Shown: one piece after another, positions 9,456 through 19,121 of the stretch
Layout: every line of letters starts with the position of its first letter
How positions within the stretch are numbered: the first letter of the stretch is position 1
DNA from: an uncultured Lyngbya sp.
Lineage (GTDB): Bacteria; Cyanobacteriota; Cyanobacteriia; Cyanobacteriales; Microcoleaceae
Length of the DNA: 64,000 nt
Assembly (NCBI GenBank): GCA_964434975.1
Contig: CAYSWY010000003.1
Span: 42,663 to 106,662, forward strand
Direction: 5' to 3'
Program-made: the position numbers and the translations under genes
Notes under the pieces: generated by a model
Told to the model about the DNA's origin: nothing
What the model saw: the letters and a program-made list of their open reading frames with translations, nothing else
Databases searched by the model: none

Positions 9456-10467
9456 CGGAACAAATCGAGATCGCCAATCAGACGATCAACAGTTATTGAA
9501 CTGGCTACTACAGGAGCCGAATTTGACGAATTGTTCTCCTGATCTCAGGAAAGTTCGTCGAAAAGATTCAATGAATCATCCAACGTGGGTCAATGATCAA
9601 CTTTCAGAGTATGAACTCGATCCTCTAGACTCTGAGGATCTAGATCTAAATGCTCTGGAGGATCAACCCTTTGCACTAGGAGAAACAACAGTTGTGAACA
9701 ATCGATTTGAAACCTTGCTCAAGGATAGACTGAAAGCTGAAATTAAACGCAATCCTCCCCTGTTCCCTTGGGAAACAGAGTTGAAGGAGTATTGTAATTA
9801 TGCCGACGAATTGATTCGGGTCGAAGTTCCATCTACTAATGTCTGGATGGCACAGAAACAAAATCTGCGATGGTCGATTCCAATTCCTGAATCTGTCTTT
9901 GCTCAATTACTTGACCCCTGTCAAGCTGTATTACAGTCCTCTTTACGGGAAGGGGAAAAACTGGTAAAGGCTGTAGAAGATCTGTTCCCCGGCCAGAGTG
10001 AACCCTTAAATCAACTGGCAAGTTTGGTTGTGCGGGGAGCTGTCCGAAATGGTACTTTCCTACAACCTCAATACGAAACCGCTGCACCTGAACAAAAAAT
10101 GGCACTTGCGTTATTGGCTGCTCAAGAAATTATTCGGGCTTTGACTATTCACTCTCGATTGAATCAATCCCCAGTTAAACAACAATGGTTAACTTTGTTT
10201 GGGGTATTTACTCTCGAGATTGAGTATAGTCAGCGTCAATATGGCACGTCTCTGAAGATTTTAGCCCAACTGCCCCAAGGCGGACGGTTACTGTTGATGG
10301 GTCAAGATATCGAAACCTCTGCTCAACGCACTGACTCAGGCTATCTGAAACTAGAATGGGTCGATCCAACACCGGATCAACTCTATCGCTTAAATGTGTT
10401 GCTGCATGACCATCACCAAAATCCGCTCAGTTTTGTGATTTGCCCAGATACTGCCTCGTCCCACTAA
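9436..10467 (+). CDS. patU: PatU-like protein (unsplit PatU5/PatU3 equivalent)
   Basis: It lies immediately downstream of the hetZ-like gene and overlaps it by 20 nt. Its length of 343 aa is consistent with an unsplit patU. The assignment rests mainly on synteny. Confidence 0.4.
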   Translation: MHQEMNNGTNRDRQSDDQQLLNWLLQEPNLTNCSPDLRKVRRKDSMNHPTWVNDQLSEYELDPLDSEDLDLNALEDQPFALGETTVVNNRFETLLKDRLKAEIKRNPPLFPWETELKEYCNYADELIRVEVPSTNVWMAQKQNLRWSIPIPESVFAQLLDPCQAVLQSSLREGEKLVKAVEDLFPGQSEPLNQLASLVVRGAVRNGTFLQPQYETAAPEQKMALALLAAQEIIRALTIHSRLNQSPVKQQWLTLFGVFTLEIEYSQRQYGTSLKILAQLPQGGRLLLMGQDIETSAQRTDSGYLKLEWVDPTPDQLYRLNVLLHDHHQNPLSFVICPDTASSH

Positions 10468-10566
10468 CTGAATAATATTGTCAACGATCTAGGTATAGCG
10501 AGAAAGTCAGTTGATCGGCTACAGTGTTGAATAATACTCAACCCAACAATGATCAACGCCTAGTCT

Positions 10567-12915
10567 ATGACCCGGCAAATTCCTCTGATTAGCCCGCTCT
10601 GGCAGCGGATAGAAGCAACTCCAAAGCCAATTGTAGAAGAGTCTATTCAACTGCGAGTCTTCGTTCAGCTCTTAGTGGTGATGGGCATTATTGCCACAGA
10701 TATTGCGATTGAAGAACCTCGACACTTGTGGGCAATTCCAGTGAGTTTGTTAGGTGCGGCTTGGAGTCGATGGCGACGACATCGTCGTAATATTCCCATT
10801 AAATTTTGTATTGCTTTGGGAATGTTGGTGGCTTTAGCAGCATTTTTTGGGCGGTTACTGGGGGAACTGAATGATACACGGGTTGTCTTAGCAGAACTAC
10901 TGATTCATTTACAGGTACTGCATAGTTTCGATTTACCCCGCCGTAAAGATCTGGGGTACTCGATGGTGATTGGACTGATTTTATTGGGGGTGGCTGCTAC
11001 ACTCAGCCAAACGTTTGCATTTGCGCCGGTGGTGCTCGTGTTTCTCGCGATCGCACTTCCCACACTTATTTTTGATTATCGTTCTCGCCTCGGACTCTCT
11101 GGCCTCAACAAGTTATCTCAATCTTCCTCGCCGACGGAAAAATCGCCGAGTCTGAATTACAAGTTTTTGATCGTTAGTTTTCTGAGTATCGTTTTTTTAG
11201 GATTAGCGATTTTTGCCCTATTACCTCGCTTTCCTAGCTATCAACTGCGAAGTTTTCCAGTCAGTTCTCCTCTAGATATGCCAGAAGGAGAATTTAATGG
11301 CAGTCAAGTGTTTAACCCGGGTTATGTCTCTGAAGGAGAAGAAACAGACGACTCAGAAGGAAGTGGCGGACGAAGTCCTCGTTCGGGGCCTGGGGCATTA
11401 AATACAGCATTTTACTACGGTTTTGATACCCAAATTAACCAAAATTTACGCGGTCAACTGATCCCTCAAGTGGTGATGCGGGTGCGATCGCAAGCGCCTG
11501 GATTTTGGCGAGTGGTGGGTTTTGATGAATACACCAGCCAGGGTTGGAATATTTCCCGCAATGAACGCACTGTTGAACTCAAACGCCCTAGTTGGTCTTA
11601 TCAGTTTAGACTGCTTCCCCGACCCACTCAAGCTGAAACCCGAGAAATTGTACAAAGTTATACGATTTTATCCCAATTGCCGAACTTACTGCCCGCTTTA
11701 ACTTGGCCACAGGAAGTTTATTTCCCCACTGATGAACTCGCCATTGATACTGAAGGGACATTGCGATCGCCATTGACTTTGCGCGAAGGTCTGACTTATA
11801 CCGTTGTTTCTCGTGTTCCTTATCGCGATCGCAATCTTCTGACTCAAGCGCCGACTCAATATCCTGACAATATTACCGATTATTATCTACAAATTCCGGA
11901 TAATATTAAACAGAAAGTTAAACAAAAAACAGAAGAGATTTTATCTAATCCTAATAGTATTTCTAAAACACCAGAATCTCTTGATTTTCCCTACGAAAAA
12001 GCTTTATTTTTAGCACAATATCTTAAACAAAATCCGAATTATAAACTTCAAGATGAACCGCCTTTTTTACAAAGAAATGAAGATTTAGTAGAAGCGTTTT
12101 TATTCGGCTATAAAGATAGCCCAGCAGGAGAAACCATTACAGGCGGATACCCCGATCATTTTGCCACGGTGTTAACCATGATGCTGCGTTCAATTGGGAT
12201 TCCGGCGCGGGTAGCGGGTGGATTTCAACCGGGAGAATTTAACCCCTTTACGGGATTATATGTGGTTCGTAATACGGATGCTCATTTAATCACAGAAGTA
12301 TATTTCCCCAGCTATGGTTGGTTTATGTTTAATCCGATTCCGGGGATGGATTTAATTCCCCCTTCGATTGAACGCAATCAAACATTCAGCGCCTTACAAG
12401 CATTTTGGGATTGGATCGCGGGCTGGTTACCGTCTCCTGTAAAAAATATTTTACAGACAGTTTTTGGGCGATTTATTCTGATTCTGTTTAGAAGTATTCG
12501 CTGGTTTTTCCAACAGTTTACTCAAGGATGGTTGGGATTATTTCGAGGATTAGGAATTGCAATTTTATTGAGTTTTTTGGGATGGCTCAGTTGGACACAA
12601 CTAAGCGCTTGGCGGGAGCGATGGCGTTTAGCAAAGTTACCCGTGATGGAACGAATCTATCAACAAATGTTGAATATCTTAACCGAGCAGGGCTATCCTA
12701 AACCAGCAAGTCAAACCCCCTGGGAATATGCTCAATTTATCCAACAGCAACCCTCCGTGACCCAGCCAGAAATTATTGATCAAATTTGCCAAGCCTATGT
12801 CCGTTGGCGTTATGGCAGCCAAACCGTTAATGTACAACGACTTCAGCAACAATTACAGTTACTCAAAAAATCTCAAATTAAGCGCTTTCGACAGAGAATC
12901 TTGAGGAATAGATAA
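10567..12915 (+). CDS. Transglutaminase-like membrane protein (DUF3488 / TGase core / DUF4129 architecture)
   Basis: The N-terminus has multiple TM segments. The core reads GGYPDHFATVLTMMLRSIGIPARVAGGF...NTDAHLITEVYF...GWFMFNP. The C-terminal WEYAQF...AYVRWRYG tail is DUF4129-like. Confidence 0.75.
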   Translation: MTRQIPLISPLWQRIEATPKPIVEESIQLRVFVQLLVVMGIIATDIAIEEPRHLWAIPVSLLGAAWSRWRRHRRNIPIKFCIALGMLVALAAFFGRLLGELNDTRVVLAELLIHLQVLHSFDLPRRKDLGYSMVIGLILLGVAATLSQTFAFAPVVLVFLAIALPTLIFDYRSRLGLSGLNKLSQSSSPTEKSPSLNYKFLIVSFLSIVFLGLAIFALLPRFPSYQLRSFPVSSPLDMPEGEFNGSQVFNPGYVSEGEETDDSEGSGGRSPRSGPGALNTAFYYGFDTQINQNLRGQLIPQVVMRVRSQAPGFWRVVGFDEYTSQGWNISRNERTVELKRPSWSYQFRLLPRPTQAETREIVQSYTILSQLPNLLPALTWPQEVYFPTDELAIDTEGTLRSPLTLREGLTYTVVSRVPYRDRNLLTQAPTQYPDNITDYYLQIPDNIKQKVKQKTEEILSNPNSISKTPESLDFPYEKALFLAQYLKQNPNYKLQDEPPFLQRNEDLVEAFLFGYKDSPAGETITGGYPDHFATVLTMMLRSIGIPARVAGGFQPGEFNPFTGLYVVRNTDAHLITEVYFPSYGWFMFNPIPGMDLIPPSIERNQTFSALQAFWDWIAGWLPSPVKNILQTVFGRFILILFRSIRWFFQQFTQGWLGLFRGLGIAILLSFLGWLSWTQLSAWRERWRLAKLPVMERIYQQMLNILTEQGYPKPASQTPWEYAQFIQQQPSVTQPEIIDQICQAYVRWRYGSQTVNVQRLQQQLQLLKKSQIKRFRQRILRNR

Positions 12916-12982
12916 TTGTACTCCTAGCATCTGGGATCAATACCCGCTAAGATTTAATCAATAGCCGGGATCGCCTGTACAC

Positions 12983-14383
12983 ATGAAGCCAGAAGCCACC
13001 TTAAATCAGCTCAAAGCATCGCTAAGCGATGGTCAACTGCCTCCAAGTTATGGAGTGTACTTCAAGAATACATTGGTTGCCCTTTGTCATGCCCTTGAAG
13101 ACCACGTTCTGCAAGCCAGTGCGCCAGATAGTGATCAAAAGCCTCTATTACTCGTCACCTTCCAGAAAGGAAAGTGGTATTTGCAAGAAGCTGACCGCTA
13201 CCAGGAGATGGCACCCTATTGTCATCATGTGGCAATTAGTGCTGTCGCTGATAGTGGATTTTCAACTCATCCCACCGGGCAGCTTGAGAATGTCTCGTTA
13301 ATTCATTTAGATGAATCGGATAGTATGGTGATGGAGTGGAATTTAATTATCCTCGCTCCAGGTTATACTTCCATGGTGTTGTGCCATGAATTATCCGAAG
13401 CAGAATATTTACCTCAAGGTTTACCGACAACAGATACAGAACGTAAATTTTATGGGTTATGGACGTTTGATCGACCTTTAGTCACAAAAGCCGCAGAAAT
13501 ATTAATTGAACGTTGCCGTCCTTACAATTCTCAATTAGCAGATCAGCTCAAGCAACAACATCAGCAAATACTGGAAACTCCCTGTACAACTGTACCCGAT
13601 TTATCGGGAGTCGTTTCAAGGATTGTTTCTTATCTGCAAACCTCTCAGCAAGAATTAGTCACGGTTAACCGTCAAGCGCGAGAATTTAGGGAGTTAGAAG
13701 GACAAGCTAAACGAGTCAGTCGTAACCTTCAAGCCAATAAGCTACAAGCGTTTTTACGGATGGCGCAACGAGTTGATGAGCGAGATCCATATAACCCTTG
13801 TGCTTCTCTGCAAGTGTCTGCTTTATGTGAAACGATTGGTCAAATTCTAGATTTACCGACGATCAAATTACGGCGTTTACGCTTAGCGGGATTATTACAT
13901 CGCATTGGTTTTGCATCTGCCCCTGAAGAAGTGTTTAGCCACAGCACAGAAGAAATGGATGAGTCTACCCTAGATTTTTGGAAAGAACGGGGCGTGATTG
14001 GAGCCAGGGTACTCGCGGCAATGCCAGAAATTGAGGTGGTTCGCTATGTGATCGAACATCATCTAGAATATTGGGATGGCAGCGGTAAACCCGATGGTCA
14101 AAAAGGTGAAGAGATTAATATTAAAGCCAGAATTCTAGGTTTAGTCTCCTATTTTCAGCGCCTAACTCAACCTCGAGGTAATCGCCCGGCGATGAGTTTA
14201 GCAGACGCACTCGAGCGCTGCCAAAGTTACAGCGGTACTCGTTTTGATCCTAAAATTGTGGAAGCTTTGGCAACAGTGATACGCTTGACAGAAGTTGGAT
14301 TAATGCAGTTACCGGATAAACCGACTCAAATGCCGACTGTTTGGGTAGAAGAAACCAATAAATCCTCATCAGTTCAATCTTAA
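12983..14383 (+). CDS. DICT-like sensory domain fused to a degenerate HD-GYP domain
   Basis: The C-terminal half contains LLHRIGF in the HD position. It also has HHLEYWDGSGKPDGQKGEEINIKARILGLV, the HD-GYP signature with GKP in place of GYP. The DICT call for the N-terminal half comes from memory of cyanobacterial homologues. Confidence 0.6.
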   Translation: MKPEATLNQLKASLSDGQLPPSYGVYFKNTLVALCHALEDHVLQASAPDSDQKPLLLVTFQKGKWYLQEADRYQEMAPYCHHVAISAVADSGFSTHPTGQLENVSLIHLDESDSMVMEWNLIILAPGYTSMVLCHELSEAEYLPQGLPTTDTERKFYGLWTFDRPLVTKAAEILIERCRPYNSQLADQLKQQHQQILETPCTTVPDLSGVVSRIVSYLQTSQQELVTVNRQAREFRELEGQAKRVSRNLQANKLQAFLRMAQRVDERDPYNPCASLQVSALCETIGQILDLPTIKLRRLRLAGLLHRIGFASAPEEVFSHSTEEMDESTLDFWKERGVIGARVLAAMPEIEVVRYVIEHHLEYWDGSGKPDGQKGEEINIKARILGLVSYFQRLTQPRGNRPAMSLADALERCQSYSGTRFDPKIVEALATVIRLTEVGLMQLPDKPTQMPTVWVEETNKSSSVQS

Positions 14384-14520
14384 GATTTAAGTGGCAGAGG
14401 TCTTGGTATTCGTATCAAACCTCCCCTACTCCTCGTAACTGTGGTATCACTAATCCATGAAGTTGTTATAATTCTTGTATTTATAATTTATTCAATTCAA
14501 CAAAATTTGAAATCAAAGCG

Positions 14521-15132
14521 ATGATGCAATTATCAACATCTTTAGATCTAGCAGCCATTCGACGAGGTGAAATTCAGGATTTAGCCCATGCTAATTTAAC
14601 AGGTTCTGATTTATCCGGGGCCAATTTATCCGGAGTTGATTTATCCGGGGCGAATTTATCTGGTGCCAATTTATCCGGGGCCAATTTATCCGGGGCTAAC
14701 CTCCGGGCGAATTTGCGAGGCGCTGATTTAACCTCCGCTAATTTAACGGGTGCAGACTTACGAAATGCTGATCTTAGAGGCACAACTTTAATCGATGCTG
14801 AAGTTAGAAATGCTAGTTTTTCTGGGGCATTTATGGCGGGGGCAATCTGCACTAGTTTAGATTTGAGCGGCGTTGATTTACGGGGAGCTGATTTACGGGG
14901 TGTTGTGTTTTCTGGGGCTATTTTACAACAGGCTGATTTAACCAGTACAAACCTTTCAGGAGCTGATTTAGAACAAGCTGATTTAGAACAAGCTAATTTA
15001 AGTGGAGCGATTTTACGAGGAACGAATTTACAACGAGCCAATTTACTCTGTGCTGTGGTTGAGCAGACACAATGGCTTGGAACAATGCTAGAAGGCGCTT
15101 GTGTAGAAGGAACACCCATGGCACAACTCTAG
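14521..15132 (+). CDS. Pentapeptide-repeat protein
   Basis: Almost the whole 203-aa product is made of A(D/N)LxG-type pentads, for example ANLSGANLSGANLSGANL and ADLRGADLRG. Confidence 0.9.
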   Translation: MMQLSTSLDLAAIRRGEIQDLAHANLTGSDLSGANLSGVDLSGANLSGANLSGANLSGANLRANLRGADLTSANLTGADLRNADLRGTTLIDAEVRNASFSGAFMAGAICTSLDLSGVDLRGADLRGVVFSGAILQQADLTSTNLSGADLEQADLEQANLSGAILRGTNLQRANLLCAVVEQTQWLGTMLEGACVEGTPMAQL

Positions 15133-15215
15133 AAATTAGATTAAAAGCTGATCTTGAATAGATTTAATCATCTGCTATCTGTTTTTTGAATGGGTAGCAG
15201 ATTTAAATATTTAAC

Positions 15216-16682
15216 ATGACGAACCCGCCCTCTTTTTCTCATCAGTCTTGGCTATCTCGACAGCTTTTGACTCGTGTCGGTATCACATTACTTCTAATTG
15301 GTTTTATCGTTTTGAGTCTGAACTATTTTTGGAAAATCGCAGATTCAAAGCAACAAATCCGCCATCAAGCACAATCAATTACGAATGGTTTGGGATTAAT
15401 TCTAACTGAAGATACACCCTCAGAAGCGGTAAATTCTTGGACACCTGTTCTCCAACAAATCAGCCAAGTTTCAAATCTGATTCAAGTCGATATTCTTACC
15501 CCAGAAGGTAAAAGAATAGAATCAAGTCTCTCGAACCGGATAGCAGTGAAGAGTAATTTTTGGTTGAGCAAAATAGAGCCGAAGATTAAACGCGCGACCT
15601 CGTTACAAGTTGCAACTGATTTTTCCACCACCATTGAGAATCAGCCTGTTTTTATCTACATTACCCCGATTCAATCCTTATTTTCCCCTTTAAAGACTTC
15701 ATCTCAAATTGCAGTTGTTATTCTGGATTTACAACCCATCTTTGCAGCAGCACGGCGAGCGTTTTGGGTTTCAGCATTGTTGCTGATTGGAGAAAGCTTA
15801 ATCGTTTTAATCTTAATTGGGATCTGCTTGCGGCAAGCTATTTTGACACCGTTACACCAACTGCATGACGCTCTGTCACAATATCAACAAGGAACTTCCC
15901 TCAAGATCCCAGAACAGCTCCCCGTCAATGAAATTGGATTATTAGCAAAAGCAATCTATCAGCAATTTATTGATTTAAAGCAAATTAATGCTCAGCTAAA
16001 AATTGAAGTCATAGAACGACAAAAAGCAGAAGAAGAAATTAAAGTTTCTCTAGAAGAAAAAGAAGTGCTTTTGAGAGAGATTCATCACCGAGTTAAGAAT
16101 AATTTATTTATTGTCTCTCAACTGCTTGAGATGCAAAGCAACTGTGTTGATAATTCTCAGCTCAGTCAAATTTTAACAGACTGTCAAGATCGAGTTTATG
16201 CCATGGTATTAATTCATGAAACACTTTATCAAACCACTCATTTAAAAAAAATTAATTTTGCAGATTACTTAAAATCCTTAATATTATATTTAAATCAATC
16301 TTATCATTCTTATCAAAAAGCGGCTGTTGAACTCCAGCTAGAACTACAACCTATTATTTTAAATATTGAAACGGCAAATCCTTGTGGTCTGATTATCAAT
16401 GAATTAGTTTCTAACGCTTTCAAGCACGCTTTTAAAGGAAAAGCAACAGGAAATATTAAAGTCAGTTTAACTCAGAATAAGCTCAATCAAATTGAACTGC
16501 AAATTGAGGATAATGGTATTGGTTTCCCAAAAAATATTGATTTTAAGCAGGTAGATTCATTAGGTTTGGAATTAGTCAACACCCTCACTCAGCAACTCCA
16601 AGGCACTCTAGAACTAGATTGTAGAGGTCAAGGAACGCTGTTTAAACTAACCTTCACTGAGTTGAAGTATAACAAATGTTAG
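15216..16682 (+). CDS. Membrane sensor histidine kinase, HisKA_2 type
   Basis: It has two TM segments flanking a periplasmic region and a HAMP-like linker. The H-box is EKEVLLREIHHRVKNNLFIVSQLL. The HATPase boxes are IINELVSNAFKHAF and IEDNGIGFP. Confidence 0.8.
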   Translation: MTNPPSFSHQSWLSRQLLTRVGITLLLIGFIVLSLNYFWKIADSKQQIRHQAQSITNGLGLILTEDTPSEAVNSWTPVLQQISQVSNLIQVDILTPEGKRIESSLSNRIAVKSNFWLSKIEPKIKRATSLQVATDFSTTIENQPVFIYITPIQSLFSPLKTSSQIAVVILDLQPIFAAARRAFWVSALLLIGESLIVLILIGICLRQAILTPLHQLHDALSQYQQGTSLKIPEQLPVNEIGLLAKAIYQQFIDLKQINAQLKIEVIERQKAEEEIKVSLEEKEVLLREIHHRVKNNLFIVSQLLEMQSNCVDNSQLSQILTDCQDRVYAMVLIHETLYQTTHLKKINFADYLKSLILYLNQSYHSYQKAAVELQLELQPIILNIETANPCGLIINELVSNAFKHAFKGKATGNIKVSLTQNKLNQIELQIEDNGIGFPKNIDFKQVDSLGLELVNTLTQQLQGTLELDCRGQGTLFKLTFTELKYNKC

Positions 16683-17525
16683 TCTTGAGAGTCTTAGGAG
16701 GACAAGAGCAAAAATCTAGCCAAAGTGGAGCCTAAACTTGCTTTATACCTGACAAATATATCCTGATTTTCTAGCAGCCCAGAGGCAAAACGGCAAGACA
16801 TTGAGCATTTGCAATGGCTGTTGATTGATATCAATTTCGCTTAAGTTGACTTGAACCACAAAATACTGTAAGCTGTGGTCAGATAAATCCACAACGTCAA
16901 CCCCTCGTTAAAATAGGTTTTTTCTTTGACTGTCTCATCGTCAACGTAACCGCTGAAACTTTTGTAGAGGGATAGCATTGACCCAATCATCCCTCGATAC
17001 AGTGCCGAAACGCCTTTGTTGAAGCCTTCATTTTGAAGACATTACTAACAATATCCGCCCTCTTTCACCCCCATGGGAGTGAAGAGTTGAAACGGTTTCT
17101 TTGATCAGATTGAGTCGAACAGAAGGCCAATTGAAGAAGCATACTCTACGCACAATAACATTATTTCTCTGTTAAATTTTTGCTTTTGTCCCGAGAGTAA
17201 ACTGGACTTGCGTATTTTTAAACATTTATGATATTCTAAAATTAACCTAACATTTAAGTAACCCAACTAAACTTTTGAATAAAGTCATGGACGGGGGAAA
17301 GATACTTTTATATTAAGGTGATGCATCTAAAATTAATCACCAGTCATCTGTTTGAGAGCATAAAAGTCCCAATTCAGTGCATCATCTTAGAGAATAAACA
17401 GAGCAATGAGCAAAGTTACTACCTGAATAGTTGTCGATTAATGTGTTCTGATTGCAAACTGGACTGACCAGTATTGGCAAAGAGCAAGATAGCATATTCA
17501 ATCTTGAAATATAGGAAAATTAAGT

Positions 17526-19112
17526 ATGAGTGTTACACCATTAACACGGTTATCTAGTAAAGATAGCCGTGAACAGTCTAGCGTAACACAGCGTCAACAA
17601 TGGACTGTTTTAATTGCAATTGTCGTCTTAGCAACAGCACTGCGTTTTTATCAACTCGGAACAGAAAGTATCTGGGTCGATGAACATTTTAGTATTCTTG
17701 ATGCAGAAAACTTAAAACTGGGAACTCGCCCCTTATATTATTTACTACTACACCTTTGGATGAAATTAGGCAGCAGCGATGCTTGGCTACGAACTTTATC
17801 CATTCCCTTTAGCCTCGGCGGTATTGTTTTAACCTATTTACTCAGTTGTCGTTTACTCTCTGCACGTGTAGGCTTACTCGCGGCATTGATGATGAGTATC
17901 TCTCCCCTATTTGTGGGGTATGGTCAACAAATTCGGATGTATTCCCTCAGTACATTTTTCGGCATCTGGGGAAGCTTAATTCTGGCAAATATTCTGCTGT
18001 ATCCACAAAATATTAACCCCTTAAGAATTTTGGGCTGGATGGTGGTGCGACTGTTGGGAGTGATGACAACTCCGTTAAACTTGCTGATGTTATTGCCGGA
18101 TACTCTATTGCTATTCTGGAGATTTCGCCATAACCGCAAAGTGATGATCTCATTTGTGGTGGGACTGGTGATGGCTGGGATATTGTGGCTACCATTTGCT
18201 CAAGTGTTGCAAGAAGCAGCGCCCCGGTTTATGGGGGGATGGGTGATGTTTCAGCCTAAACCCGATGTTGTTCTAGTTCCAGCAATGTTAACAGGGGTAA
18301 CGGTTTTCTGGCCGTTAGGAGATTTACCCAATTTAAGTAGTCTCTCCTTTAGTCTATCTGGTTGGGGCTGGGATGAAAATGTGATGCTGTATTATATGGC
18401 TTACACAGGCGTAGTCCTCTTTGTCCTCGCAGTTGGACTGTTGCAATTAATTCGGACACCTCCGAAACAGAACTCCCCTCAAGCTGAACTTTGGTGGGTT
18501 ACTGCTTGGGGATTTTTACCCACCATTGTGATTGGGGTTGTCTCTGCTTTTTCGGGTTCAATTTGGCGAGAACGATACTTAATTTTTGTTGTTCCTTATT
18601 TCTTCATTCTGCTTGCTGTAGGGTTTCTTCAACTGTGGCGATATTATCGCAAAATCGCCATAACGGTTGCGATTATTTATGGAATTGCAGTGGGCGGCGG
18701 ATTATGGCATTATTACACCACTTTATATCATGATGATTGGCGGGGTATTTCTGAACTGATTCGCAGCAACGAACAACCCGGTGATGTCATCGGATTTTAT
18801 GCCACAGATTGGGAACCTCGACTCACCATTCCCCGTTACTATGAAGGTAATGCTGAGTTTCATGTGATGGAACGAGATCCCTTACCCCGACCCAAAGATC
18901 CTGAAAGTATCGATACCTTCGTCCAAAGAATGTTACAAAGTTTACCGCCGACTTCATCCCGCTATTGGCTTGTGGTCTATGAACCTTGGAGTGGAGGCAT
19001 GAAAAAAGTCCGCAACACAATCGATCAAAAGTATGATTTGTTAGATTATCAAACCTTCCCCAATTCGATGAATGCAGCGCTGGAAGTGTTTCTAGTTGCG
19101 CCTAAAATATAA
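17526..19112 (+). CDS. PMT_2 / GT39-GT83-like (ArnT-like) polytopic membrane glycosyltransferase
   Basis: It contains LRFYQLGTESIWVDEHFSI (first-loop DE), RPLYYLLLHLWMKLGSSDAWLRTLS, and many TM helices. Confidence 0.7.
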   Translation: MSVTPLTRLSSKDSREQSSVTQRQQWTVLIAIVVLATALRFYQLGTESIWVDEHFSILDAENLKLGTRPLYYLLLHLWMKLGSSDAWLRTLSIPFSLGGIVLTYLLSCRLLSARVGLLAALMMSISPLFVGYGQQIRMYSLSTFFGIWGSLILANILLYPQNINPLRILGWMVVRLLGVMTTPLNLLMLLPDTLLLFWRFRHNRKVMISFVVGLVMAGILWLPFAQVLQEAAPRFMGGWVMFQPKPDVVLVPAMLTGVTVFWPLGDLPNLSSLSFSLSGWGWDENVMLYYMAYTGVVLFVLAVGLLQLIRTPPKQNSPQAELWWVTAWGFLPTIVIGVVSAFSGSIWRERYLIFVVPYFFILLAVGFLQLWRYYRKIAITVAIIYGIAVGGGLWHYYTTLYHDDWRGISELIRSNEQPGDVIGFYATDWEPRLTIPRYYEGNAEFHVMERDPLPRPKDPESIDTFVQRMLQSLPPTSSRYWLVVYEPWSGGMKKVRNTIDQKYDLLDYQTFPNSMNAALEVFLVAPKI

Positions 19113-19121
19113 GCACTTTGT

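Noticed and set aside
572-11655. Short ORFs nested inside larger genes (572-781, 3414-3647, 5575-5769, 9676-10105 and 11446-11655, with analogous ones later in the window)
   Set aside because: All are embedded in, or antisense to, longer ORFs with clear family signatures. They have no independent support.
14574-15119. A 181-aa ORF antisense to the pentapeptide-repeat gene
   Set aside because: It is a product of the periodic repeat, since the reverse complement of (A/D)NLSG codons stays open. Its composition is low-complexity K/A/P/S. The sense ORF has the clear family signature.
16846-16995. A YVDD tetrapeptide in a minus-strand fragment as a remnant of a reverse transcriptase (retron, DGR or group II intron)
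   Set aside because: Only the tetrapeptide matches. The surrounding residues do not resemble RT motifs 4-6, and there are no template/variable repeats or intron structures nearby.
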